A stretch of 32,000 bases of DNA from positions 65,648 through 97,647 of the forward strand of contig NZ_RHHS01000047.1 of assembly GCF_003710935.1 (NCBI RefSeq), read 5' to 3'. This stretch comes from Brevibacillus gelatini (lineage in GTDB: Bacteria > Bacillota > Bacilli > Brevibacillales > Brevibacillaceae). Positions 7,650-17,695 of this stretch are shown here, in pieces (position 1 is the stretch's first letter; the number at the start of each line of letters is the position of its first letter). The notes beneath the pieces were generated by a model, which had not been told where the DNA came from, searched no databases, and worked only from the letters and a program-made list of their open reading frames with translations. The position numbers were made by a program, and so were the translations under genes.

Positions 7650-7895
7650 ATGAAAATCGCGCTACACCAGATCGCCTATCAGATCGGGATGCATCCGTCT
7701 GAGATGGCCAGGCTGGTCTACGAGGGAGAGATCACAGGCGAAGTGCCTGACCGCAATCCGCAAGCGAAGGATGCGTGGGTAGACCTTCATTCGTTGAAAA
7801 ATTTCATTGAATGGAAGTTCGATCAGGGAGCCTTCGACCAGATGTTTTTCGATAAAGCCATGCGCCATCTCAACAAAGCGATGGGGAAAAAATAA
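7650..7895 (+). CDS. Small hypothetical protein
   Basis: 81 aa, MKIALHQIAYQIGMHPSEMARLVYEGEITGEVPDRNPQAKDAWVDLHSLKNFIEWKFDQGAFDQMFFDKAMRHLNKAMGKK; AGGAGG RBS directly upstream. Confidence 0.7.
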   Translation: MKIALHQIAYQIGMHPSEMARLVYEGEITGEVPDRNPQAKDAWVDLHSLKNFIEWKFDQGAFDQMFFDKAMRHLNKAMGKK

Positions 7896-7925
7896 AGCGG
7901 TACGACAAGGGAGAGAACACAGATC

Positions 7926-8276
7926 ATGCAGCCATCCATCATTTACTGCCTGTGCCCGAAAGCCTATTGGGAAAAGTGGGCGGACAAAGACCATTACCTG
8001 CCCTGCGACTATGAGCAGGAAGGCTTCATTCACGCCACGAAAGGCGAAGAGCTGCTCAGCAAGGTGGCCGACCGGGTGTATGGCGCATTCGACGAAGAAT
8101 TGTACGTGCTCGTCGTGGATGAGACAAAATCGCCTTCTCCCGTGAAATACGAGCAGGCGAAGGACGGACTTTTTTATCCGCACATTTACGGGCCGCTCCA
8201 TCGCGAGGCGATCATGGATGTGAGACGCATGCTGAGAACAGACGGACGGTGGCATATCGGATCGTCCGTTTGCTGA
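7926..8276 (+). CDS. DUF952 domain-containing protein
   Basis: IYCLCPKAYWEKW...DYEQEGFIHATKGEELLSKVADRVYG...LYVLVVDETKSPSPVKYE...YPHIYGPLHREAIMDVRRM matches the DUF952 'GFIHxS...YPHxYGPLxxxAV' pattern. Confidence 0.85.
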   Translation: MQPSIIYCLCPKAYWEKWADKDHYLPCDYEQEGFIHATKGEELLSKVADRVYGAFDEELYVLVVDETKSPSPVKYEQAKDGLFYPHIYGPLHREAIMDVRRMLRTDGRWHIGSSVC

Positions 8277-8406
8277 TCCAAAGCCATGTGCAACCCCCGC
8301 TTTTGCCGAACCCCGATTTCTCCACCTGATCGTACATAATTCCTCCGCGAACGGAGCACAATGGTACAGGTAGGGAATCAAATTGGCAAAGGGAGGAGTG
8401 TTTTTC

Positions 8407-8628
8407 ATGGCAAAACCAGACGATCGTTCTGACAACGCAGCCAAGCTGCAAGAGATGCTGCAAAACACGGAAGAGAACATTCGCGAGTCAGAGGATTACC
8501 TGGCAGCACATGCGGGCGAGATTTCCGAAGAGGAACGGGCAAACATCGAGGCGAAAAACCGTCGCCGTGCAGAGAGCATCCAAGGGTTTCGCTCCGAGAT
8601 CAAAGACGAAGTTTCCCATACTGAATAA
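8407..8628 (+). CDS. tlp: Small acid-soluble spore protein Tlp (thioredoxin-like protein)
   Basis: [73 protein letters not shown] is characteristic Tlp; GGGAGGAG RBS before ATG 8407. Confidence 0.95.
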   Translation: MAKPDDRSDNAAKLQEMLQNTEENIRESEDYLAAHAGEISEEERANIEAKNRRRAESIQGFRSEIKDEVSHTE

Positions 8629-8749
8629 CGTGTTCATCAGCGCCTGTCGCAGTCTGTTGCGGCAGGCGTTTTTCGCATGTGGCCGCCAAAAGTGCAACAA
8701 GACATGAATTGTTGGGCGAAACATGGTAATCTGTAAATGGACAAATTGA

Positions 8750-9880
<1,131 letters not shown>

Positions 9881-9896
9881 ATAACGGGGGAAGCGT

Positions 9897-10232
9897 TTGG
9901 TGGATAAAGCGAAAAAGTCCAAAGTGATTATTGTTTCGTTTCTGGCGGTTGCGATCTTGATGGGGGTGCTCGCTTACATGGGGATGGCGGTCACGGGCAA
10001 TGAGCACATGGCCACGATCCAGAGCGTCATCGCGGAAAAAGGCGGCGTGATTGAAGCGGGCGGTGTGACAGTGGTTCCGCTGGAGGAAAGTCCGTTTGAG
10101 AAAAGCGGAAAGGGCAACACCATCTATCGCATCGTGTACACGAAGGATGGACAAACCTTGACAGCCTGGTATCGCTCCGACAACCATTCCTCGATTATCA
10201 AGGAACCGGAAGAGTGGATTCTTCCGCAATAA
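9897..10232 (+). CDS. Single-pass membrane protein, unknown function
   Basis: GTG start; N-terminal TM then soluble domain. Follows mnmA closely. Confidence 0.65.
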   Translation: MVDKAKKSKVIIVSFLAVAILMGVLAYMGMAVTGNEHMATIQSVIAEKGGVIEAGGVTVVPLEESPFEKSGKGNTIYRIVYTKDGQTLTAWYRSDNHSSIIKEPEEWILPQ

Positions 10233-10273
10233 GCAGCAAGGATGAAATATGACTGGGAGAGTGAGGACAGTAC

Positions 10274-10786
10274 ATGACCCAATATGCTGGACTTCGAGAA
10301 TTGGCCCAACTGATTCGCAGACTGGAGCCGCAGCTCACAGGGGCGTCCCTGAGCATTTTGTCCCATGAAAATAAAGAAGAGATCGCTTCGCTTTTGCTGG
10401 AGGGACTTGGCGGCGGCGTCTCCGTTCAAAACAGCTCAGGCGAGTACGCCAACCATCTCGCGAATTTGCGCGTGGGAGCAAACAAGTACACGTTTGCCCA
10501 AGACTGGCGCGAAGTGTACATCAGCGAAATCAACTACTGCGCCTGTCGGATTCCTCCGGGCGCTCACGGTCTGCTGGTCCATCATACCGACTATCCAGGC
10601 GTCATTTACGACGTGTCCCGCAAGCTGGCTGACCACGAGATCAACATTTCCAAGCTGAATGTGTCGCGTGAGCAAAAGGGGAAAAACGCCCTGTTGATTT
10701 GCGTCACCGACGAGGAGATGACACCGGCGGTCGTAGCTGCCATCGAGGAGCTGCCGCAGATCAACAAGGTGCTGTCTCTGCAATAA
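10274..10786 (+). CDS. ACT-domain protein (ligand-binding/regulatory)
   Basis: C-terminal LLVHHTDYPGVIYDVSRKLADHEINISKLNVSREQKGKNALLICVTDEEMTPAVVAAIEELPQINKVLSL resembles the SerA ACT domain. N-terminal ~90 aa not assigned. Confidence 0.85.
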   Translation: MTQYAGLRELAQLIRRLEPQLTGASLSILSHENKEEIASLLLEGLGGGVSVQNSSGEYANHLANLRVGANKYTFAQDWREVYISEINYCACRIPPGAHGLLVHHTDYPGVIYDVSRKLADHEINISKLNVSREQKGKNALLICVTDEEMTPAVVAAIEELPQINKVLSLQ

Positions 10787-10813
10787 ACCAAAAAGAACAG
10801 GAATGCACGCATG

Positions 10814-10845
10814 ACCGCTCATCGTTTGCGTATGGGCGGTTTTTT
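10814..10845 (+). terminator. Intrinsic terminator
   Basis: ACCGCTCAT / ATGGGCGGT (one G-U pair) + TTTTT. Confidence 0.85.
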
Positions 10846-10907
10846 GTGTGTGCCGACTGGCTTTCGTGCCTGTGGCCTGGAGCGAGGCAAAGAAAAAACT
10901 GCCCAGA

Positions 10908-11732
10908 CTAGCGGGCAGGTGGCTTGGAAGCAAAGCGAATGGCGTGACTGATGAGGACGTGCAGGACAGAGGTGTGATTTTCGTCCGGAAACTGGCGGAA
11001 AGACGCTTCGATCTGCCCGTTGCCCATGGCGGACAACCGCTTGGCCATTGCCTGCGCCTTGACGTTGACAGCGAAGCGGCCGTCGTTTTCCAGCTCCCCG
11101 ACGGTGAGCAGCGCTCTGATGCGCATGTCGTCTGTGAGCAGGGACGGCAGGCGGCGTTCCTCTTCCGACAGGACGCTTTCGTTCCAGTGGATCGACGGGC
11201 TGCCGGCGATATAGCATTGGTACGCGTGCGGCCGGGTCAGCAAGGCGTGCAGCACGAGCAAGCCGCCGAGCGAATGTCCGAAAATCGTTTGCCGGGTGCG
11301 GTCGACGGGCAAGTCCTTTTCAATCGCGGGTTTCACCGTGTCGTCGATGAAGCTGAGGAAGCCTTCTGCCCCGCCCATTTCCGGCCATTCGCCGCCGCGC
11401 GGATGAGCGGGCAGCTCGGATGCGGGCACGACATGGGTGAAGTCGTAGTAGCGCGAGGGGTGAAACGGCGCTTCTGTCGGATAGCCGATGCCAACGACGA
11501 TTGCGGGATACACCCCCGTTTTTTCAGGCGCCTGGCTTTGCAGGCGGATCGCTTCGGTCATCGTGCCAAAAACCGAGTTGGCATCCAGCACATAGATGAC
11601 CGGGAAGCCGGATGGCGGCGGTGTCACGTCAGGGATGCTGACAAAAATGTGAAACGTGCGATCATCGTAGGTCATTTTGCGGATTTGCGAACGAGGAATC
11701 GTTACTGCTTCATAAACCGTGTCCTCCAACAT
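10908..11732 (-). CDS. Alpha/beta hydrolase, enterochelin esterase/IroE-like (possible siderophore esterase)
   Basis: FPVIYVLDANSVFGTMTEAIRLQ...PAIVVGIGYPT...TRQTIFGHSLGGLLVLHALL...SPSIHWNE...PDENHTSVLHVLISHAIRF: nucleophile elbow GHSLGG and catalytic ENH. Confidence 0.85.
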   Translation of the reverse strand: MLEDTVYEAVTIPRSQIRKMTYDDRTFHIFVSIPDVTPPPSGFPVIYVLDANSVFGTMTEAIRLQSQAPEKTGVYPAIVVGIGYPTEAPFHPSRYYDFTHVVPASELPAHPRGGEWPEMGGAEGFLSFIDDTVKPAIEKDLPVDRTRQTIFGHSLGGLLVLHALLTRPHAYQCYIAGSPSIHWNESVLSEEERRLPSLLTDDMRIRALLTVGELENDGRFAVNVKAQAMAKRLSAMGNGQIEASFRQFPDENHTSVLHVLISHAIRFASKPPAR

Positions 11733-11912
11733 GAATCACTCTCCAGTCGGCCGATGGCGTCAACTTTTTGCATACGAAATCTATTATAGGAATGCAATCC
11801 AGAGAATGGCAACAGAGAAATGAGAGAGATTATCAGTGCCAAAATAGAACATGCTGACCTTGACTACTACGATATATTGAGGTAAAGTAAGTTTTGCCAA
11901 CTACATATTGAT

Positions 11913-12115
11913 GCGGACAGGTGTTTGCCACGCAATATCACGCAATATTTGGTAGACATAATAGGGAAGTCGGTGAAAATCCGGCGCGGTTCCCGCCACT
12001 GTAAGGAGCGAGTTCCATTTTGTGTTTGCGCCACTGATCCAACAAATCGGGAAGGCGAAAATGGAGCGATGACCCCGAGCCAGGAGACCTGCCTGACCGC
12101 AAGCACTGTGTAACC
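11913..12115 (+). promoter_or_regulatory. Cobalamin (B12) riboswitch upstream of nrdIEF
   Basis: Contains ATAGGGAAGTCGGTGAAAATCCGGCGCGGTTCCCGCCACTGTAAGGAGCGA...GGGAAGGCG...GAGCGATGACCCCGAGCCAGGAGACCTGCCTG, the conserved B12-box core. Edges approximate. Confidence 0.95.
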
Positions 12116-12186
12116 TACGGGACATAGGGAAGTGTTCGAACGCTCCATTCGTCTTGGGACGAATGGATACGATGGGGATCATCATG

Positions 12187-12219
12187 CGCATTCGGCCTTT
12201 TGACGTCGGATGCGTTTTT
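12187..12219 (+). terminator. Intrinsic terminator, probable expression platform of the B12 riboswitch
   Basis: CGCATTCGGC (12187-12196) / GTCGGATGCG (12205-12214), all positions paired with wobble, + TTTTT. Preceded by a perfect 10-bp hairpin TCCATTCGTC-TTGG-GACGAATGGA (12144-12167). Confidence 0.8.
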
Positions 12220-12262
12220 ACTTTGGTTGAAAAGTATACAAAAGCAGTAAAGGATGAGGGAC

Positions 12263-12622
12263 ATGTTAATCGCTTTTGACTCCAAAACAGGAAACGTCAG
12301 AAGATTCGTCAGCAAGCTGGGGCTACCTCACGTGGAGATTGAACCCGAGATGGTGATCGAAGAGCCGTTCGTTCTGGTTACATATACGACGGGCTTTGGC
12401 CAGGTGCCGGAAAAGGTGGAGCGTTTCCTCAAGCGGAATCATGTCTATTTGCGCGGCGTGTCGGCCAGCGGCAACCGCAACTGGGGAGCCAGCTTTGCCA
12501 AAAGCGCAGACACGATTGCCAGCCAATATGGCGTTCCGGTCATTTCCAAATTCGAACTGTCCGGTACCGGCCGTGACGTGGAACAATTTACGAGTGGGGT
12601 GGCAGCAATTGCGACACATTGA
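12263..12622 (+). CDS. nrdI: Ribonucleotide reductase flavodoxin NrdI
   Basis: MLIAFDSKTGNVRRFVSKLGLPHVEIEPEMVIEEPFVLVTYTTGFGQVPEKVERFLKRNHVYLRGVSASGNRNWG...FELSGTGRDVEQF; directly upstream of nrdE. ATG 12263 has GATGAGG as RBS; 12254 is the alternative. Confidence 0.95.
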   Translation: MLIAFDSKTGNVRRFVSKLGLPHVEIEPEMVIEEPFVLVTYTTGFGQVPEKVERFLKRNHVYLRGVSASGNRNWGASFAKSADTIASQYGVPVISKFELSGTGRDVEQFTSGVAAIATH

Positions 12623-14693
12623 ATTGAACAACCAACTGATGCAGCGAGGAAGCGACGGATTTTACCAACTGGAAAAGGACAGAGAGGCTGTCGCGGTCTT
12701 CATGGAAGAAGTACAGGCCAAGACAATGACCTTCAACAGTGTGAAAGAACGCATGGACTACTTGATCGAAAACGACTACTACGAAAATGTGTACGAAAAA
12801 TACACCGTGGAACAGGTCGATGAAATTTTCCGCCTGGCGCATGGGGCCGGGTTTCAATTCGCTTCCTACATGGCCATCTCCAAGTTTTACAAAGACTACG
12901 CCCTGAAAACGAACGACAAATCGATGTATCTGGAGCAGTACCCGGATCGGGTGGCGATTGTGGCACTCTCGCTCGGACGCGGTGACTTCGAGCTGGCGAA
13001 GCGGCTGACGGTATCCATGATCGAGCAGCGTCTGCAGCCTGCGACCCCGACGTTCCTCAATGCGGGAAAAAGCCGCCGCGGCGAAATGGTTTCCTGCTTC
13101 CTGCTGGAGATGGACGACTCGCTGAATTCGATCAACTACGTGCTCGGCACTTGTATGCAGCTGTCCAAAATCGGCGGCGGCGTGGCTGTCAACCTGTCCA
13201 AGCTGCGCGGACGCGGCGAGCCGATCAAAGGGGTCGAGGGGGCAGCCAAGGGCGTCATGCCTGTGCTCAAGCTGCTGGAGGATGCGTTTTCCTACGCCGA
13301 TCAGATGGGCCAGCGCAAAGGCTCCGGGGCCGCCTACTACAACATCTTCGGCTGGGACGTCAACGAGTTTCTCGACTGCAAAAAGATCAATGCCGATGAA
13401 AAGTCGCGGATCAAGACGCTGTCAATCGGCCTGATCGTACCGAATGTGTTTTACAAGCTCGCAGAGGAAAACAAGCCGCTGACAGTGTTCGCTCCTTACT
13501 CCGTTTACAAGGAATACGGCATCCATCTGGATGATCTGGATCTCGACGAAATGTACGACGAGCTGGTGGCAAACGAGCGCGTCAAGAAAAGAGTCGTCAT
13601 GAGCGCCCGCGACATGCTCACCAAAATCGCGATGATCCAGATGGAATCGGGCTACCCGTACATCATGAACAAGACGAACGCGAACAAAAATCACGCGCTA
13701 AAAGACATCGGCTCCGTGAAAATGTCCAACCTGTGCACGGAAATTTTCCAGCTCCAGGAGACGTCCACGATTACCAACTACGGCGAGCCGGACATCATCC
13801 GCCGCGACATTAGCTGCAATCTGGCTTCGCTCAACATCGTCAACGTGATGGAGCACAAAAAAGTGCGCGAATCCGTGCGGGAAGGCATCGAGGCGATTAC
13901 CGCCGTAAGCGATATGACCCGCGTGGAAAATGCGCCAGGCGTGCAAAAGGCGAACCGCGAGCTGCATTCCGTCGGGCTGGGTGCGATGAACCTCAACGGC
14001 TACCTGGCGAAAAACAAGATCGCCTACGAGAGCGAGGAAGCCAAAGACTTCGCCCGCACGTTTTTCATGATGATGAACTACTATTCGCTGGAAATGAGCA
14101 TGGAGATCGCCCAGACCAAAGGGGAAACGTTCATGGGCTTCGAGCAGTCGGAGTACGCCAAAGGCACGTATTTTGACAAATACTTGACGAACGACTACCG
14201 TCCGCGCACGGAAAAAGGCAAGCAACTGTTCGCGGGCATGCACATTCCGACCCCGGACGATTGGGCCGCGCTCAAGCAAAAGGTGCAGAAGAACGGGCTG
14301 TATCACGCGTACCGTCTGGCGATTGCGCCGACACAGAGCATTTCCTACATTCAGAATGCGACATCGAGCGTGATGCCGGTCGTCGAACATATCGAGACAA
14401 GAACGTATGCGAACTCGACAACCTACTACCCGATGCCGTACATGTCGCAGGAAAACTATTTTTACTACAAATCTGCCTATGTGATCGACCAGTTCAAGGT
14501 GATCGATTTGATCGCAGAAATTCAGGAGCATGTAGACCAAGGGATTTCTACCGTACTGCACGTCAACAGTAACATCTCGACCAGAGAGCTGGCGCGCTAC
14601 TACATATACGCGGCGAAAAAAGGCTTGAAATCGCTCTACTACACACGTACCAAGCATCTGACAGTGGAAGAGTGCATTAGCTGCGCTGTTTAA
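12609..14693 (+). CDS. nrdE: Class Ib ribonucleoside-diphosphate reductase alpha subunit
   Basis: MRHIELNNQLMQRGSDGFYQLEKDREAV...PATPTFLNAGKSRRGEMVSCFLLEMDDSLNSI...QLSKIGGGVAVNLSKLRGRG...CNLASLNIVNVM...PTQSISYIQNATSSVMP...C-terminal CISCAV. The provided ORF starts too early (12396). TTG 12609 with GGGGTGG RBS overlaps the nrdI end by 14 nt. Confidence 0.95.
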   Translation: MRHIELNNQLMQRGSDGFYQLEKDREAVAVFMEEVQAKTMTFNSVKERMDYLIENDYYENVYEKYTVEQVDEIFRLAHGAGFQFASYMAISKFYKDYALKTNDKSMYLEQYPDRVAIVALSLGRGDFELAKRLTVSMIEQRLQPATPTFLNAGKSRRGEMVSCFLLEMDDSLNSINYVLGTCMQLSKIGGGVAVNLSKLRGRGEPIKGVEGAAKGVMPVLKLLEDAFSYADQMGQRKGSGAAYYNIFGWDVNEFLDCKKINADEKSRIKTLSIGLIVPNVFYKLAEENKPLTVFAPYSVYKEYGIHLDDLDLDEMYDELVANERVKKRVVMSARDMLTKIAMIQMESGYPYIMNKTNANKNHALKDIGSVKMSNLCTEIFQLQETSTITNYGEPDIIRRDISCNLASLNIVNVMEHKKVRESVREGIEAITAVSDMTRVENAPGVQKANRELHSVGLGAMNLNGYLAKNKIAYESEEAKDFARTFFMMMNYYSLEMSMEIAQTKGETFMGFEQSEYAKGTYFDKYLTNDYRPRTEKGKQLFAGMHIPTPDDWAALKQKVQKNGLYHAYRLAIAPTQSISYIQNATSSVMPVVEHIETRTYANSTTYYPMPYMSQENYFYYKSAYVIDQFKVIDLIAEIQEHVDQGISTVLHVNSNISTRELARYYIYAAKKGLKSLYYTRTKHLTVEECISCAV

Positions 14694-14747
14694 TGCGAGT
14701 GAACGATTCTGAGTAAGACAAGTTTTTTCAGAGAAGAGGAACGCCCG

Positions 14748-15701
14748 ATGAAAGCAGTCAATTGGAACAGGCCGGACGACGATTTTACGATGACCTTTTG
14801 GAACCAGAACATCATGCAGTTCTGGACGGATGACGAGATTCCGCTCTCGGATGACAAAATGTCCTGGATGGAGCTTAGCGCTTCGGAACGGGACACGTAC
14901 AAAAAAGTGCTCGGCGGACTGACCTTGCTCGACACCGTGCAAGGTGGCGTAGGGATGCCGAAAATCATGGAGCATGTGGACGGACTGCAGCGCAAGGCCG
15001 TCCTGGCCTTCATGGGCATGATGGAGCAAATTCACGCCAAATCGTACAGCAGCATTTTCACGACGCTCGCTGCTACGGAAGAGATCGACGAAATTTTTGC
15101 CTGGGTCGAGCGCAATCCGCATCTGCAAAAGAAAGCGGCACTCATCGCGAAGCGCTACCAGGAGATCGAGACGCCGAAAGATTTTTACATGGCGATGGTC
15201 GCTTCTGTCTTTTTGGAAAGCTACCTGTTTTACAGCGGCTTTTTCTACCCGCTCTATTTGGCTGGGCAGGGCAAGATGACGAGCAGCGGCGAAATTATCG
15301 ACCTGATTGTGCGGGATGAAAGCATTCACGGCCTGTACGTCGGCGTGCTCGCGCAGGAAGTGTATCAAAAGCTCAGCGTCGTGGAGCAGACGGCGGTCAG
15401 AGAAGAGCTGTACGCACTCCTGCACGAGCTGCACGCAAATGAAGAGGAGTACACCGTCTCCTTGTACACAGAGATTGGTCTCGCAGACGAGGTGCTGGCC
15501 TACGTGCGCTACAACGCCAACAAAGCGCTGATGAATCTGGGGCTGGAACCGTTCTTCCCGGAAGAGGAGGTCAACCCGATCGTCCTGAACGGGATACGGA
15601 CGCATACGAAGCAGCACGATTTCTTCTCGAAAAAAGGCAATGGCTACGTCCGCACGCTCAACGTCGAGCCGCTGACGGATGACGATTTTCGTTTTGAGTG
15701 A
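14748..15701 (+). CDS. nrdF: Class Ib ribonucleoside-diphosphate reductase beta subunit
   Basis: [107 protein letters not shown]..., canonical NrdF metal-ligand segments. Confidence 0.97.
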   Translation: MKAVNWNRPDDDFTMTFWNQNIMQFWTDDEIPLSDDKMSWMELSASERDTYKKVLGGLTLLDTVQGGVGMPKIMEHVDGLQRKAVLAFMGMMEQIHAKSYSSIFTTLAATEEIDEIFAWVERNPHLQKKAALIAKRYQEIETPKDFYMAMVASVFLESYLFYSGFFYPLYLAGQGKMTSSGEIIDLIVRDESIHGLYVGVLAQEVYQKLSVVEQTAVREELYALLHELHANEEEYTVSLYTEIGLADEVLAYVRYNANKALMNLGLEPFFPEEEVNPIVLNGIRTHTKQHDFFSKKGNGYVRTLNVEPLTDDDFRFE

Positions 15702-15724
15702 AAAACTTAAACGATTGTTTAAAA

Positions 15725-15754
15725 AGGCTGCTGTCTACAGATGGCAGTCTTTTT
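15725..15754 (+). terminator. Intrinsic terminator of nrdIEF
   Basis: AGGCTGC (15725-15731) / GCAGTCT (15744-15750) + TTTT. Confidence 0.65.
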
Positions 15755-15957
15755 GCTGTGCTTGAAAGAAACTGCGAGTGGGACCTCACGCGGAATGTGC
15801 ACGATGTCGTGTGGGAGAGGGAATAATAGTTTTATTTATTCGAAAATACTTTTTCATTCATATTTGTGTTATAAATAAATGATGTGTCGCTCTTCTCCTT
15901 GCCAGCCAGTCTATGAGAGTTGGACTTATGCAGCAAGGTAGAAACGGAGAGAGAGTC

Positions 15958-16032
15958 ATGCAAACATCGAGTGATTCGTTTGGAGGACTGATTTATCTGA
16001 CAAGGAATCCAGTTTGGCTGGAGTCTGGATAA
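15958..16032 (+). CDS. Candidate 24-codon leader peptide upstream of brnQ
   Basis: CGGAGAGAGAGTC-ATG; MQTSSDSFGGLIYLTRNPVWLESG*. Good RBS spacing, located in the brnQ leader. Confidence 0.3.
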   Translation: MQTSSDSFGGLIYLTRNPVWLESG

Positions 16033-16114
16033 AGCGGCAGACTTCGTGAATTTTTTCACTAATCTGAGGGTTGCTGAAAAGAGCCCTTTGCTTTTTATCA
16101 CAGGAGGTTTTGTC

Positions 16115-17467
16115 ATGCATCAAGAAGTTTCCTATTCGTTCATCGTCATCATCGGATTCATGCTGTTTGCGCTGTTTTTTGGCGCGGGCAATCTGATATT
16201 TCCTCCGATGCTCGGACAGATGGCGGGAACGAATGTCTGGGAAGCCAACGTCGGCTTTCTCGTGACCGGGGTTGGCCTTCCACTTTTGGCAATTACAGCG
16301 TTGGTGTATTCAGGTAAAAACGATTTGCGCTCGCTGGCAAGCCGCGTGCACCCGCTGTTTGGCCTCGTCTTCACCATCATGCTCTATTTGGCCATCGGGC
16401 CGTTTTTTGCCATTCCGCGCTCCGGGAATGTGTCGTTTGAGATCGGGATCAAGCCGTTCTTATCCGAGCAGGCCGGTCCTGTGCCGCTGATTGTCTTTAC
16501 CGTCCTGTTCTTCACGCTCGCTTGCCTGTTGTCGCTCAATCCTGGAAAAATTATCAATGTAGTCGGAAAAGTCTTGACACCGATGAAGCTGACGTTTATC
16601 GGCATCATCGTCCTGACGGCCATTGTGTATCCGATTGGCGAGCTGCAAGCGCCAGTGGGGGATTACCAGTCCAAGGCGTTTTTCAAAGGATTCCAGGACG
16701 GCTATTTAACCTTGGACGCTCTTGGGGCATTTGTATTTGGCATCATCATCGTTCAGGCGATCAAGGAAAAAGGCGTTACGGCGCGAAAGCAAATTTTGCT
16801 GACGTGCGCCAAAGCGACGCTGATTGCAGGTGTGCTCCTGGCGTTTTTCTACTCGGTGCTCGCCTACATGGGCGCTTCCAGTGTGGAAAAGCTCGGTCAT
16901 CTGGAAAACGGCGCGCAAGTTTTGGCCAAAGTGTCGAATTATTACTTCGGTTCTTACGGCGGCCTGCTGCTCGGTCTGATGATTACCGCGGCCTGCCTGA
17001 CAACCAGCGTTGGACTGATTACGGCGTGCTCGTCGTTTTTCCACGCCTTGTTTCCGCGCATTTCGTATAAAAAGATTGCCGTAATTTTGGCTGTGTTCAG
17101 CACACTCGTCGCCAATATCGGGCTGACCGCACTCATCAAGGTGTCCGTTCCGGTTTTGACGATGATGTACCCCATCGCCATCGCGCTGATCTTTTTGACG
17201 TTTTTGCATCAGGCGTTTGGCGGGCGGCCAGAGGTGTATCAGGGTTGCTTGTTCGCCACGTTTCTCATCAGTCTGTTTGACGGGCTGAATGCTGGCGGGA
17301 TCGAGGTCCAGGCGATCCATGACGTCTTTTCACGCTACTTGCCCATGTACACAATCGGGCTGGGCTGGCTGCTTCCTGGTTTGGTCGGGGGCGCAGTCGG
17401 CTACCTCATTTATTTGATTCGCAAACCATCCCTGCGTGCGCATGAGCTTCGCCTGACCAAACAATAA
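16115..17467 (+). CDS. brnQ: Branched-chain amino acid transport system II carrier protein
   Basis: CAGGAGG RBS before ATG 16115. MHQEVSYSFIVIIGFMLFALFFGAGNLIFPPMLGQMAGTNVWEANVGFLVTGVGLPLLAI... is the BrnQ signature. Confidence 0.95.
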   Translation: MHQEVSYSFIVIIGFMLFALFFGAGNLIFPPMLGQMAGTNVWEANVGFLVTGVGLPLLAITALVYSGKNDLRSLASRVHPLFGLVFTIMLYLAIGPFFAIPRSGNVSFEIGIKPFLSEQAGPVPLIVFTVLFFTLACLLSLNPGKIINVVGKVLTPMKLTFIGIIVLTAIVYPIGELQAPVGDYQSKAFFKGFQDGYLTLDALGAFVFGIIIVQAIKEKGVTARKQILLTCAKATLIAGVLLAFFYSVLAYMGASSVEKLGHLENGAQVLAKVSNYYFGSYGGLLLGLMITAACLTTSVGLITACSSFFHALFPRISYKKIAVILAVFSTLVANIGLTALIKVSVPVLTMMYPIAIALIFLTFLHQAFGGRPEVYQGCLFATFLISLFDGLNAGGIEVQAIHDVFSRYLPMYTIGLGWLLPGLVGGAVGYLIYLIRKPSLRAHELRLTKQ

Positions 17468-17608
17468 GGCAGAGCGAATAGAGTTTGGCGGCAGTTCCCT
17501 GTGCTTTCGATGATGTGGGGAAGCGGCGGCAGTTTTGCATGACAAAAGTGCTGGTTATGGTGCTCCAGCCAGGAAAATACTTGGATGCTCTGAACTCACT
17601 GTTTAATC

Positions 17609-17652
17609 GGCATGTCTGACGTTCTTTCAGATCGTTGGACATGCCTTTTTTT
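17609..17652 (+). terminator. Intrinsic terminator after brnQ
   Basis: GGCATGTC (17609-17616) / GACATGCC (17638-17645) + TTTTTTT. Confidence 0.85.
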
Positions 17653-17695
17653 AAGTGGAAAAAAAGGAAAGGTTGTTACGAGAAAAGCCGTGCGA

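Noticed and set aside
11921-11950. Direct repeat CACGCAATAT x2, considered as start of a repeat array
   Set aside because: Only two copies, at the 5' edge of the cobalamin riboswitch; no spacer regularity, so not CRISPR or an iteron set.
12396-12608. N-terminal 71-codon extension of the nrdE ORF
   Set aside because: Lies in an alternative frame inside nrdI and does not resemble the NrdE N-terminus.
13698-15617. 639-aa minus-strand ORF opposite nrdE/nrdF
   Set aside because: Spans the antisense of two genuine conserved genes; long only because of GC-rich codon bias.
15834-15890. Possible CodY box upstream of brnQ (TTTATTCGAAAATAC)
   Set aside because: Only about half of the consensus positions match; indistinguishable from AT-rich background.
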